A stretch of 64,000 nt of DNA from a virus. Below the pieces are notes generated by a model that was given only the letters and a program-made list of their open reading frames with translations, was not told the DNA's origin and ran no database searches. Below are positions 30,379-40,652 of this stretch, piece by piece (the first letter of the stretch is position 1; each line of letters begins with the position of its first letter). Made by a program: the position numbers and the translations under genes. The stretch is from the IMG/VR virus record IMGVR_UViG_3300042391_001456, positions 1-64,000 of that record; one strand, given 5' to 3'.

Positions 30379-32517
30379 ATGAGTAAGATAAAAAGTGATG
30401 ATGATAGACAAATAGTATTTACTACTAAGCTTGTTAATGAGTCTGTTGATAAAATAAACGATGGTATTCTATTAAAAAGATATGAAAATCCATGGTTAAA
30501 GGGTGAGATTGGTATAAGAAGAAGTGGTGTTATTTTTAAAATGACTGCTGAAGAGCAACAAGAATATATTAGATGTGCTCTTGATATACATTATTTTACT
30601 GAGAAATATTGTAAAACTAAACGAGAAGATGGTAGTGTTGGTTCTATAAAATTAAGAGATTATCAAGAAGAAATATTAGATAATTTTGTTCAGAATAGAT
30701 TTAATATACTAATGGCCGCTAGGCAATGTGGTAAAACAATTTCATCATCTATATTTATATTGCATTTTTTACTATTTAATAATGATAAGAATGCGATGCT
30801 TATCGCGAATAAGGGTGATACTGTTGTTGAGGTTGTTGATAAGATAAAGTCTATATATGCTTTATTACCATTCTTTTTAAAACCGGGTGTAAAAGTTTGG
30901 AATCAAAAGTCTATAACATTTGATAATGGGTGTAGAATTAAAACATCTGCTAGAACAAAAACACCAGCAGTTGGTTTTACCATAGATCTTCTCTATTTAG
31001 ATGAGTTTGCTCACATTCCTTCTAATATTATTGAAAGTTTTTATACCGCGGCTTTTCCGACTGTATCAGCTGTTCAAAATTCAAAAATTATTATTACATC
31101 TACTCCAAATGGTATGAATTTGTTTCATCGATTGTTAACAGATGCAGAGAGACCTGATGGTGATCCACAGAAGAATAACTACAAACCTATGAGAGTTTAT
31201 TGGTATCAAGTTCCTGGTAGGTTTGTTACATATATTAGATTGAATAATCATAAAATGTATGAACATGGTATCAAATCTGGTGATATATTATCATTAGTTA
31301 AAAATGATTGGGGAGATTTAACTAAAGTTGAAATGTCTTTTGATTTAGATCAACAAAAAGATGTTATTCATGTTTTTAATAATGATAAATGTTCATCTGA
31401 TGATATTAAAAGTATTCAGTTTGAGGATAAAAATGAAAACTGGAATTCAATTTTATCTATATCCGAAATAACTACTTGGAAAGATGAGGCTGTTAAAGAT
31501 ATTGGTGGTGAGGATGCGTTTAATCAAGAATATGGATTGAGATTTATCAATGGTAGTAGATCTTTATTATCAGAAGAGATAATAGATGATATTTTAAAGT
31601 CTAAAAAGAATTACGTATATGAGGAGTTGGATGAGTTTAAAAAATTGAGGTTTAATTATAGTGATCTTAAATGGATTGATTGTGATGATATGTATTTGCC
31701 AATTAATAGAAAAGATTATAAGATCGTTATATCGGTCGATATATCAGAGGGATTGGGTCAAGATTATTCCATTATTAATATTTTTAAAGTTTCGAAAAAA
31801 GAAACAGATTTAATTGAATCTCAAAGATTCAAATATAAATCCATAGTTGACTTTTTTAGATTAGAACAAATTGGAATTTATAGAAATAATTTTATATCCG
31901 TTAAACAATTATCCGAATTATTGTATTTAATTGCATTTGAATATTTCAACCCTGAAAATGTTAAAATTGTTTTAGAGTTGAATAATTATGGTAATACACT
32001 TTTAGCTGAGATGCCACATGTTTTTGATGGTAATAATCAATATGGATCATCCATCTTTGTCAGATATAAACACAGAGTTGATTCGAATGAGGAAAAAGTT
32101 GGTTTAAAAGTTGGAGATAATAAAAATATGATGGTCAAAGATTATCAAGATTTAATGCAAACCGGTGGTATATTTATTACAAATGAAGACAACATTAGAG
32201 AAATTACGACATTTGTTAAACATATAACTTCATCAGGAAATATTAGATATGCTGCTGATGGTAATAGTAATGATGATACAGTTATGACGTTAGTAAATAT
32301 GACTACAATTTTTGGAAAGCCCGAGTTTAAGGAATTTGTAGAGGATTTTGGAAATTCTGATAAATCATTTATGGAATACATAAATAAATGTATGAGTGAA
32401 TCTGACTTTGTTGAAAGTTTGGATTATGGTCAGGTGCTAAGAGCAAGAAAACAATTTATTAATAGAACAAAACCAAGTTATAATAGTAATATTAATTGGT
32501 TCGGTCAAAATAAATAA
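30379..32517 (+). CDS. Terminase large subunit (T4 gp17-like)
   Basis: LRDYQ, ARQCGKT Walker A, LYLDEFAH Walker B, ITSTPNG, VDISEG.G.DYS, NDDTVM. Confidence 0.96.
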   Translation: MSKIKSDDDRQIVFTTKLVNESVDKINDGILLKRYENPWLKGEIGIRRSGVIFKMTAEEQQEYIRCALDIHYFTEKYCKTKREDGSVGSIKLRDYQEEILDNFVQNRFNILMAARQCGKTISSSIFILHFLLFNNDKNAMLIANKGDTVVEVVDKIKSIYALLPFFLKPGVKVWNQKSITFDNGCRIKTSARTKTPAVGFTIDLLYLDEFAHIPSNIIESFYTAAFPTVSAVQNSKIIITSTPNGMNLFHRLLTDAERPDGDPQKNNYKPMRVYWYQVPGRFVTYIRLNNHKMYEHGIKSGDILSLVKNDWGDLTKVEMSFDLDQQKDVIHVFNNDKCSSDDIKSIQFEDKNENWNSILSISEITTWKDEAVKDIGGEDAFNQEYGLRFINGSRSLLSEEIIDDILKSKKNYVYEELDEFKKLRFNYSDLKWIDCDDMYLPINRKDYKIVISVDISEGLGQDYSIINIFKVSKKETDLIESQRFKYKSIVDFFRLEQIGIYRNNFISVKQLSELLYLIAFEYFNPENVKIVLELNNYGNTLLAEMPHVFDGNNQYGSSIFVRYKHRVDSNEEKVGLKVGDNKNMMVKDYQDLMQTGGIFITNEDNIREITTFVKHITSSGNIRYAADGNSNDDTVMTLVNMTTIFGKPEFKEFVEDFGNSDKSFMEYINKCMSESDFVESLDYGQVLRARKQFINRTKPSYNSNINWFGQNK

Positions 32518-32540
32518 CCACTCAAACTGAGTGGTTATTT

Positions 32541-32819
32541 TTAATTGGAATCCATTGTTACTGAAAGACCAGCATTTTTAAGTTTATCTTTCATATCGGA
32601 AATAGTATCATAATCACCATATTTAACGTCACATCTACCATTGTGATGTACTATAAATGCGCATTGATTGGCTTGTTCGTATTCGTGTTTACAAATTTTC
32701 ATTAAACATGTGATTACCCAATCAAATGAATTGTAGTCATCGTTTTCTAAAATTAGAACATATGGACTAGACAAGATTTCTTCTACTTGTGATTCTACTT
32801 GTTCTTTAGTTTTACTCAT
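32541..32819 (-). CDS. clpS: ATP-dependent Clp protease adaptor ClpS (Bacteroidota-type)
   Basis: LILENDDYNSFDWVI..L...EQA.QCA..VH..G.C.VK.G. Confidence 0.9.
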   Translation of the reverse strand: MSKTKEQVESQVEEILSSPYVLILENDDYNSFDWVITCLMKICKHEYEQANQCAFIVHHNGRCDVKYGDYDTISDMKDKLKNAGLSVTMDSN

Positions 32820-32846
32820 ACTTATTTTTATTTTTTTTATTATATA

Positions 32847-33368
32847 TTATAGGAATGTTTTTTCTGTTTTGTTGATAATGTCAATAATAGTTATTTTTAT
32901 ATTTTGTTTATCTGCCCATTTTTCAAACTCTGATAAATGCTCTTCTCTATCATCAAACATGATAAACTCTTCAACTCCTAAGGATTTTATTTTTTCTTCA
33001 AAAAGTTTTATTTTGAACTTTAAAGTATCTCCTCCCCAATTTAAGTGAACTTCATCAAACTCTATATCATTTTTTTCTAAAATTTTATGAACATTATCAC
33101 TCATACCTTCAACTTTTTTAAGTCGACCGGTTGCTAAAATTATATAATTTTCATCATCTTCTGTATATTCTAAAAAATGATTATATACCCAATCATTTTT
33201 AGGTATTTCAAATATTTCTAAATCCAAAGTTTCTGGTTTTCCCCACCAACCTTTATGCGACCAAACTTTTCCAGTTTTTTCTAAAAAAATACCTTTACCC
33301 AATTCTGGTTCAGGTGTGTGGAATAGAGTTTTGTCGAAATCGAATGATATTAGTTTTTTATATTTCAT
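32847..33368 (-). CDS. HAD phosphatase, 'Swiss Army Knife' RNA-repair-like
   Basis: FDFDKTLF.TP, WW..PETL, LATGR, FDDR.EH; host-type promoter TATCTTTG at 33373-33380. Confidence 0.75.
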   Translation of the reverse strand: MKYKKLISFDFDKTLFHTPEPELGKGIFLEKTGKVWSHKGWWGKPETLDLEIFEIPKNDWVYNHFLEYTEDDENYIILATGRLKKVEGMSDNVHKILEKNDIEFDEVHLNWGGDTLKFKIKLFEEKIKSLGVEEFIMFDDREEHLSEFEKWADKQNIKITIIDIINKTEKTFL

Positions 33369-33410
33369 ATAGCAAAGATAGTATATTTTTATATATAAAA
33401 AAAATAATTA

Positions 33411-33980
33411 ATGTTTATGTTGAGTGGTAAATTAAATACATTTTTTATCGGAACCATTTTGATAATGTCTATTATAATTTTCTTTTTATTTAAATTGTAT
33501 AAAAATGAAAGAGAAGATCGAATAAGATATAATAACAATATGATTTCTCTAATAGAGGATAAAAGCAGACAACAAATTTTAACTGTTAATGAATTGAAAA
33601 GATTATATCCAAAATATGATTCATTAGCTAAAGAATTGAAAATAAAAACAAAGTTTATAACAAACGTGATTGAGACTAGATATAATTTTAAAGATACTCT
33701 ATTGACTACAACTGTTATTAATCGAGATAGTTTGAGTGAAAAGTCATATTTTAATTTGAGTGAAAAGTGTTATAATTTAAGTGGATATATAAAGTCTGAT
33801 TCAATTTCTTTCACTAAAAAAGAATTTAATGATAAATTAACTACTTTTTTATACAAAGATTGGGAGAAAAAGTATTTATGGGGATTAATAAAAATAAGAC
33901 CTTTTTATAGTGTTAAGGTTTGGAGTGATTGTATGAGAGATACAATTACTGTTGAGAATAACATTAAAATAAAAGAGTGA
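33411..33980 (+). CDS. Membrane-anchored protein, possibly spanin/lysis-related
   Basis: N-terminal TM helix, coiled coil, KKYLWGL near the C-terminus. Confidence 0.5.
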   Translation: MFMLSGKLNTFFIGTILIMSIIIFFLFKLYKNEREDRIRYNNNMISLIEDKSRQQILTVNELKRLYPKYDSLAKELKIKTKFITNVIETRYNFKDTLLTTTVINRDSLSEKSYFNLSEKCYNLSGYIKSDSISFTKKEFNDKLTTFLYKDWEKKYLWGLIKIRPFYSVKVWSDCMRDTITVENNIKIKE

Positions 33981-34038
33981 AAGTGAAAAAAATGATATTT
34001 TTTTATTAATATATACTCTATAAAAAATTAAAATAAAT

Positions 34039-34638
34039 ATGAAATACGTTAGAACATTCGAATCATATAAGAGTTTAAAAGTTGAATTATCAAAAGTTAA
34101 TGAAAGCGCTCTTATTGATGCAGTAAAAGAATCTGTTTTGCAAGTTGGTGATACTTATAAAGTTAGATCTATGGTTGATATTCCACAGTCACTTATTAAT
34201 TCTTATGTTAAAAAAGTTAAAGATTCAACTGGTAAAAACATTCGTCAATTTTTTGGTGATGTTGAAATCGCGGAAGAATTATTAAAATACATTACTTTAA
34301 CTGGTTTAGATTTAGAAAAAATTCCAGGAAATGCTCTTATGGGTGGTGCTCAAGGTCAAGGACAAGCTCAACCACAGGTTCAAGTTGATACTCAATCTGA
34401 AGTTGAGCCACAAGCTGAACCACAAGCTCAGTCACAAGCTCAACCACAAGCTCAACCACAAGCTCAACCACAAGCTCAACCACAAGCTCAACCACAAGCT
34501 CAACCACAAGGACAAGCTCAGGATGGTGAATTTGAAGAGCCACAAGCTCAACCACAAGGACAAGCTCAAGAGGTAGAGGAAGAAAACGAAGAAGAAAAAG
34601 AAGAGGGTGAGGAAAACGAAGAAGAATTACCTTTATAA
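34039..34638 (+). CDS. Tagged late protein (MKYVRTFESY) with QPQA repeats and acidic tail
   Basis: ORF with a strong late promoter. Confidence 0.8.
   Translation: MKYVRTFESYKSLKVELSKVNESALIDAVKESVLQVGDTYKVRSMVDIPQSLINSYVKKVKDSTGKNIRQFFGDVEIAEELLKYITLTGLDLEKIPGNALMGGAQGQGQAQPQVQVDTQSEVEPQAEPQAQSQAQPQAQPQAQPQAQPQAQPQAQPQGQAQDGEFEEPQAQPQGQAQEVEEENEEEKEEGEENEEELPL
34435..34509 (+). repeat. 12-bp tandem repeat (CAAGCTCAACCA) x6, coding QAQP
   Basis: Direct inspection. Confidence 0.9.
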
Positions 34639-34707
34639 AAATACTAGTATCTAGAAATTTAAAACCCATCAATAAAATGATGGGTTTTTTGTTTTAATAT
34701 ATAGTAT

Positions 34708-34935
34708 ATGAAATACTTAAAATTATTTGAAGGTTTTAAAGAATTGGAATTTATACATACTGACACTTATAAAAGATATGTTAAAAATAAATTTCAACCG
34801 GTTGATATCGATGAGTTATTAGATTGGAGATTTAAATTTAAAAAGTTAAAGGATGAATCTGAAGATGAATCTGATTCAAATAAATATGAGAAGGAAATTA
34901 AAGCTATAGACTTTATATTATCAAAACATTTTTAA
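34708..34935 (+). CDS. Tagged small late protein (MKYLKLFEGF)
   Basis: ATG 4 nt after TAATATATA. Confidence 0.8.
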   Translation: MKYLKLFEGFKELEFIHTDTYKRYVKNKFQPVDIDELLDWRFKFKKLKDESEDESDSNKYEKEIKAIDFILSKHF

Positions 34936-34938
34936 AAA

Positions 34939-35406
34939 ATGAAACATTTAAAACTATTTGAAAACTTTGACTTAGGTGATGAGCATATAGATAAGATTAA
35001 ACAGATATGGAAAGTAGATCCTTTGGATTTTAGAGAAGTTGTCTTATCCTGTTTAGATCATGCGGACATTTATAGTGGATGTGATTTAACTTTTGTTCTT
35101 TGGCATCCTTATCCAGATTCAAATCTTGAAATAAAACCTATGTTTTATTTAGAGGATGAAGTTATTAAAAAAGGACCTTGGTATGACAACTTGGAATCAA
35201 TTGTTGAAAGTGAAAGAATCAAAATTGGTATAGAGGTAATTATACCCTATTTTGAAATTGATAGAATAGATAGATTCTGCGAAGAGTGTAATGCTAGATT
35301 TAGAAGAATGGATATTCCTTATATGTGTGCTAATCCAGATCCATTTGGAGAATCCTATCTAATCGAATTTGATTACACTTGGAGAAAATCATATTTAGAA
35401 AAATAA
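34939..35406 (+). CDS. Tagged late protein (MKHLKLFENF)
   Basis: ORF in the tag array. Confidence 0.8.
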   Translation: MKHLKLFENFDLGDEHIDKIKQIWKVDPLDFREVVLSCLDHADIYSGCDLTFVLWHPYPDSNLEIKPMFYLEDEVIKKGPWYDNLESIVESERIKIGIEVIIPYFEIDRIDRFCEECNARFRRMDIPYMCANPDPFGESYLIEFDYTWRKSYLEK

Positions 35407-35416
35407 TATATAGTAT

Positions 35417-35908
35417 ATGAAGTTTATTAAATTGTTTGAAAACTTTGAAAGTAGTTATACATTAGGTGATGTACTTCTTGACTCGTATGAAATTAATTAT
35501 GTTTTAGATGAGCAAAATATAACAGCTTACTATTCATTTTCTATTTATAGTGATTTGAATTCTAATTTAGTTATACACCAAATTGGAACAACAGATCCCA
35601 AAAATAGCGACGCTTTAATTAATAAATTAGAACAATTTATAAATCCAGTTACTAGTCTTAAAGACTTATTAAAAAGTGAATTTGGTATAGGTGATATGAT
35701 AACAATTAGTTTCTTTGATAATAGTGTTAATAAATATCATCAAGTTGAAGATATAAATGATGATAATAGAGGTAAATTTAATTCATATTTTAATCTCTTA
35801 AAAGATCATTTAGAACCATTTAGTGGATTATCAATTGAGATGAAACCATATAAGCTTTACACATCTTCAACACCGGTACTTACAATAATAATTAAAAAGA
35901 TAAAATGA
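35417..35908 (+). CDS. Tagged late protein (MKFIKLFENF)
   Basis: ORF with its own late promoter. Confidence 0.8.
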   Translation: MKFIKLFENFESSYTLGDVLLDSYEINYVLDEQNITAYYSFSIYSDLNSNLVIHQIGTTDPKNSDALINKLEQFINPVTSLKDLLKSEFGIGDMITISFFDNSVNKYHQVEDINDDNRGKFNSYFNLLKDHLEPFSGLSIEMKPYKLYTSSTPVLTIIIKKIK

Positions 35909-36540
35909 GATATTTAAAGACATTTGAAAGTCATTCGACTAAAGACATATTAATTATTGTTGACGTTCAAAAATCATTTCATGATTTTTTTACAGATAAC
36001 TATCTTAAAGAGCTTAAGAAGTATTGTAATAAGTTTGATAAAGTATATCAGATTTGGGATAATCATCATCTTGGTAAAAATGTTGATAAAGATTATCTAT
36101 ATGATAGAGATCCTGAAGAAGAAGATACTAACGATTTGTATGAATTTCCAAATCAAATTGATTTGATTGAGAAGAGATATAACTATGATGTGACTGTTGA
36201 TTTTTATAAACCTGTTTTGGATGAATCTGAATATGAGGAGATAAAAAGAAAAGAAGATGACGGTGAATTGATAAGAGGTGATTTCTTCCATACTAATGAG
36301 GGAACTATTATAGTTTATATTGGGAATAACCACAGATGGCACCATCTTCCTAAAAAACTCTATGATCTTTTTATGGAAATAACGGAAGCTCAGGTCGAAG
36401 ATAATGTATCGGTTACAATTGTTGGTGGTGCTGATGGAGAGTGTATAACTGATATTGAGGTTGCTGCTAAATCACTTGGTGTCAATTTCAAAAGTGATGA
36501 TAGATATATTTATAGCGCTAAAAATTGTCCTATAAAATAA
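35905..36540 (+). CDS. Isochorismatase/cysteine-hydrolase-like protein with tag (MRYLKTFESH)
   Basis: ILIIVDVQ..F and VTIVGG...EC motifs. Confidence 0.7.
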   Translation: MRYLKTFESHSTKDILIIVDVQKSFHDFFTDNYLKELKKYCNKFDKVYQIWDNHHLGKNVDKDYLYDRDPEEEDTNDLYEFPNQIDLIEKRYNYDVTVDFYKPVLDESEYEEIKRKEDDGELIRGDFFHTNEGTIIVYIGNNHRWHHLPKKLYDLFMEITEAQVEDNVSVTIVGGADGECITDIEVAAKSLGVNFKSDDRYIYSAKNCPIK

Positions 36541-36557
36541 AAATAAAAATTGCTAAT

Positions 36558-36767
36558 ATGCCATCAAAAAGTAAACAACAATTTAAATATATCTGGGCTA
36601 TGAGAAATAAATACAAGTCTAAGAAAAAAGCTCCTAAAAATATGAAATGGGTATTTAATAAGGAATGGACTGATGATGTTAAATTTAAAGATTTGCCAAA
36701 AAAAGTTAAAGAAAATCATATACAGGATTTTATATCATTTATAAATGAGATTTGCTTTAAACTATGA
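36558..36767 (+). CDS. Small basic protein (MPSKSKQQFKY...) with C-terminal tag-like HIQDFISFINE
   Basis: Start moved to ATG 36558; MP.KSK.Q...LP.KV type small phage protein. Confidence 0.7.
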   Translation: MPSKSKQQFKYIWAMRNKYKSKKKAPKNMKWVFNKEWTDDVKFKDLPKKVKENHIQDFISFINEICFKL

Positions 36768-37139
36768 TACAATAATATAAACTTCTATATCTTTCAGAGC
36801 AAAGTTAATTTCCATATATTCTTGGTATCTTTCGGGATCTTCTAATATCTCAACATCTAATGTGTAGTCTATATCATTTAATTCCGGTATAAAATATGTT
36901 ATCTGCTCATTTAATGATTCTTTAATTGACTCGGCTGATAATTTAGTTTCATGTAGATAATACGATAAATTTGCACCCAAATTAGGTTCGCCAAAAACCT
37001 CACCTTTTTCGGTGAATAATACCATTTCCCACTTTTGTATAATAACTTTTAGTATATCATCTTCTATTAATTCAAGATCTTTGAAATTGGGATTTCCTTT
37101 ATATGAAATGTAAAAGTCTGTAAAATTATAATTAGCCAT
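36762..37139 (-). CDS. Baseplate wedge subunit (T4 gp25-like)
   Basis: LFTEKGEVFGEPNLGANL..YL.E. Confidence 0.85.
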   Translation of the reverse strand: MANYNFTDFYISYKGNPNFKDLELIEDDILKVIIQKWEMVLFTEKGEVFGEPNLGANLSYYLHETKLSAESIKESLNEQITYFIPELNDIDYTLDVEILEDPERYQEYMEINFALKDIEVYIIVS

Positions 37140-37163
37140 GTAATATATATTAATAAAATATAT

Positions 37164-38126
37164 CTACATAAATAAATTTCTAAATTTTCCTATAATCGTC
37201 ATTCCTAATATAATTGGATCCGTATTAGTTTCAAGTAGAGGTGAATAATCTGATATTATAAAATTACAATCAAATAGTTTTGATGAGAGACTTGGATTTT
37301 TATCCATAATGTATTCTACAAAAGATCTACCTAATAATTTTACCATCTGATCTATTTTTTCTGGACCAAATGTATTCATTAAAAAATGGTATGTTTTATT
37401 GTAGTCATATTTTTTATCAAAAATGAAATCATATAATTCGATTTTAACCTTATTGGAGATATTTCCTGTTATTTCACTGTCTCCAGTTTGTAAGAAATCT
37501 TGAATCTCTACTAAAATGTTTCTAAAATCCGGAAATTTTTTACTAACTATTCTTACTAAATCCTCTTTTGTGATTTCTTTTTCTTCTTTTGGTAAAATTG
37601 TCTTTTGAATTCTCATAAAGAATTCTTTTTTTAAATACCTTTCTTCATCTATATTCTGGCAATCAAAGTTTATAGTCTTTATTCTAGATTTAAGACCATT
37701 TCCTATTTTTTCTATGTGATTGGTTGTTATAATAAATCTTACTTTATCATTATACTTCTCTATAAAGGCTTTAAATGCATCTTGAAATTGAGCTGAAACT
37801 CTTTCAAATTCATCTAAAAAAACATATTTTATATCAGAATCTCCTTCAAACATTGGTTTTGTTTTACAAAATGATGATATTTCTTCTCTAAGAAAATCGA
37901 TAGAGGTTTCTTCTGAGCAATTTACCTCCATGAATGGTTTATCCTTAGAATATTTCCCTATTAAAATTCTAGCTAGGCTAGTTTTACCAGTTCCCCAATG
38001 GCCATAGAATATATAATGTTGTGATACTCCAGATTCAAACTGTTTTCTGATTCTAGGTAATAATATTATATCCTCCAAATTTCTTGGCCTCCATTTTTCC
38101 CAAAGTATTAAAGATTTTACCGACAT
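37164..38126 (-). CDS. Clamp loader ATPase subunit (T4 gp44/RFC-like)
   Basis: WEKWRP, GHWGTGKTS, FLDEFE, FIITTN, SR, FPDFR. Confidence 0.93.
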   Translation of the reverse strand: MSVKSLILWEKWRPRNLEDIILLPRIRKQFESGVSQHYIFYGHWGTGKTSLARILIGKYSKDKPFMEVNCSEETSIDFLREEISSFCKTKPMFEGDSDIKYVFLDEFERVSAQFQDAFKAFIEKYNDKVRFIITTNHIEKIGNGLKSRIKTINFDCQNIDEERYLKKEFFMRIQKTILPKEEKEITKEDLVRIVSKKFPDFRNILVEIQDFLQTGDSEITGNISNKVKIELYDFIFDKKYDYNKTYHFLMNTFGPEKIDQMVKLLGRSFVEYIMDKNPSLSSKLFDCNFIISDYSPLLETNTDPIILGMTIIGKFRNLFM

Positions 38127-38191
38127 GATTATTATAATTTGATAAATGATATATGTTCTCTTAGAAAGAAAGTTTATTTAATATATAATTT

Positions 38192-39205
38192 ATGATAGGT
38201 AGCAAATTTAACTTTGAAGATATTTTCATGAGAGATTTAACTGTTGGTGTTCTATATACACTGGAGGATAAAATTAAGTGGAGAAATCGATTTTCTTCAG
38301 GTGATGTTTTTGTTAAAGTTCCAATATATTATTCTTTATCTGGAGATGAGAGATTTTTATTAGATTCATTTTCTGATGATATAGTTTCCGAAAATAGATA
38401 TGTTGAATTAAATACTGATATGATACCAAGAGGTCATTTGACTCTAACCGGTTTTAATATTAAGTCTGATGAGTTTGCAAATCCAAATGTTTGGCTAAAA
38501 ATGGTTGTTGAAAATGAGTGGGAGATTAGAAAAACACTTGCTCAGGTTAGAGCTATACCTATAACGGTTAATTATGATTTAGAAATATTGGTTTCATCTG
38601 AAATAGATACATTTAAATGCTCACAAGCTTTAATGGATACAATGTGGATATACAAATTTATATATTTTGAACATAATTTCATGAATATAGACGCTGTTAT
38701 CACTTTACCCGATAGTAATACAATTCAAATTAATAGAGAAAAGAATTTAACAAGTGATAATAAAATATCAGTTAAATTATCATTTTCGGTTGAGACATAT
38801 TATCCAGCCTGGAGATCTGATAAATTTGCAGATGTTGGTTATGTTATAGATGGTGGTGACGGTATGTCTGATTTAAATGGTTATAATAATAGTGGTGTTG
38901 TTCCTTGGTATATGAGCGGTACGCCTGATATTGATGAGCCTACACCATTTCCATTACCGGATACAAATTTACCAAAACCACTAAAACCTAGAACTATACC
39001 TACTGGTATAACCGGATCACTTTGGCCTAAATTAATAGGTACTTCCGGTTCTTCCGGTTCTTCCGGTTCTTCCGGTTCTTTTGGTACTTCTGTTTTTCGA
39101 GATGAAAATAATGGATATTCAACAAACACAATATCCACCAATCCAAAAAGATCAAAGTGGTATGATAATATACTTAGAGCTAGAGAGGAATTTAGAAAAA
39201 GGTAA
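38192..39205 (+). CDS. Tail terminator / sheath stabilizer (T4 gp15-like) with Pro/Gly/Ser-rich extension
   Basis: VKVPIYY, IPRG, AIP..V.YDL.I pattern; (GSS)x3 9-bp repeat near 39040-39080. Confidence 0.7.
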   Translation: MIGSKFNFEDIFMRDLTVGVLYTLEDKIKWRNRFSSGDVFVKVPIYYSLSGDERFLLDSFSDDIVSENRYVELNTDMIPRGHLTLTGFNIKSDEFANPNVWLKMVVENEWEIRKTLAQVRAIPITVNYDLEILVSSEIDTFKCSQALMDTMWIYKFIYFEHNFMNIDAVITLPDSNTIQINREKNLTSDNKISVKLSFSVETYYPAWRSDKFADVGYVIDGGDGMSDLNGYNNSGVVPWYMSGTPDIDEPTPFPLPDTNLPKPLKPRTIPTGITGSLWPKLIGTSGSSGSSGSSGSFGTSVFRDENNGYSTNTISTNPKRSKWYDNILRAREEFRKR

Positions 39206-39272
39206 AAAATAGAAAAAAATGATATTTTTTACTTAATATATATAATCAGAATATAAAAAAATATGAAATAAC

Positions 39273-40556
39273 ATGAAGAATCTAAAACTTGAATTATTTA
39301 ATTTTAAGAAGAATTTAACTCTTGAACAGGACGAAATCTCTTCTATAGTTGAAAGTCACATGAATGCATGCAATGTTGCATCTGAAAAGACAATAATTAA
39401 TTCTCTTAATGAGAAATTAAAAACATACACATATGATAAAGAAGTTAAATCTCTATTAGAGAGTTTAAACGATGATATGAAAAATTATGAATTATTGTAT
39501 GAATTGAAAAATTTATATAATGTTCTTAATACAAAAAATCAAGGTGAACTTTATAGACAACCAATTAATGTTCTTTTACAAACAATCAATCTTGAAGATG
39601 ATCAAGATAGAATGTCTAAAGTACTTAATGAGTTATCTGTTTATGATTGGGTTCCAGAAATTAAATTATTTGTACATAATTTAACAAAATCACCTGAAAA
39701 GAGAACAAACTTACTTAGTGGTGGTAAAGGAGAATCAATTTTTACATTAGTTGAGTCTGTTGAAGATGGACACATTGTTTTAGTTAAAGATTCTTGGTTT
39801 TTATTGACTGAAAATACAATTGAAAAAACTTTATTGGAAAATAATATTAAAGATGCTGAGGAATTAAAAACTTTAAGAATTTTAGAAACAGCAATGAAAT
39901 ATTCTAATATCACCGAAGATAGAATTAATTTTAGATTATCCGAATATCTAACAATTGGATTATCTGTTGATAAAAAAGGTAAAATATTCATTAATGATGA
40001 TGAAATGAATAATGAGACTACTTTGGAAAGTCTTTTCAATTCACCAATTATTCCAATTGTTAATAAAAACTTCTACCCTGTTCTTTTAGAAACGTCTAAA
40101 AATTTAGATAAGTTTATGGAGTTAGATGTTGTTAAAAGAGTTAATAACTTAATTAATCCTTATTTAGAATGTTTCGCATTTAATTATAAAAACTCACTAT
40201 ATTTATATAGATGTGATGAAAGACATGGAAATTCTTTTTTCAAATATGATTCAGCTTTAGAATTAGTTAATGAAGTAAGAAATGAATTAAATTATGATTT
40301 AACTTATTTCTTCGAGAATAAACTTTCTAAAGAAATGGTCGTTAAAAGAAAATTAGAAGATAAAGAAAGAGAAATTACTCTTAAATTAGAAGATGTTCAA
40401 TTTAATATTGAGAAACTTAAAGGATCTATCAAGATGATTGGTGAATCTGACGTTTTAATAACAGCTTTAAATAATTTAGAAAAAAGAGAAAATATTTTAA
40501 ACTCAGAATTAGACGGAGTAAAAGAACTTCAATATAACGAAAGAGTTAAATTATAA
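39273..40556 (+). CDS. Conserved late protein, possible prohead core component
   Basis: Strong late promoter; several L-x-E sites (LLES, LVES, LLEN); coiled-coil end. Confidence 0.6.
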   Translation: MKNLKLELFNFKKNLTLEQDEISSIVESHMNACNVASEKTIINSLNEKLKTYTYDKEVKSLLESLNDDMKNYELLYELKNLYNVLNTKNQGELYRQPINVLLQTINLEDDQDRMSKVLNELSVYDWVPEIKLFVHNLTKSPEKRTNLLSGGKGESIFTLVESVEDGHIVLVKDSWFLLTENTIEKTLLENNIKDAEELKTLRILETAMKYSNITEDRINFRLSEYLTIGLSVDKKGKIFINDDEMNNETTLESLFNSPIIPIVNKNFYPVLLETSKNLDKFMELDVVKRVNNLINPYLECFAFNYKNSLYLYRCDERHGNSFFKYDSALELVNEVRNELNYDLTYFFENKLSKEMVVKRKLEDKEREITLKLEDVQFNIEKLKGSIKMIGESDVLITALNNLEKRENILNSELDGVKELQYNERVKL

Positions 40557-40652
40557 TATCAATATATTAATTAAAAATCCTCAGAGAAATCTGGGGATTT
40601 TTGTTTTTATTCTCTTTTTTTATTTAATATATATAGAAAAATATATTATATT

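Noticed and set aside
30379-32517. Intein in the large terminase
   Set aside because: The insertion lacks Cys/Ser start and His-Asn end motifs and is short
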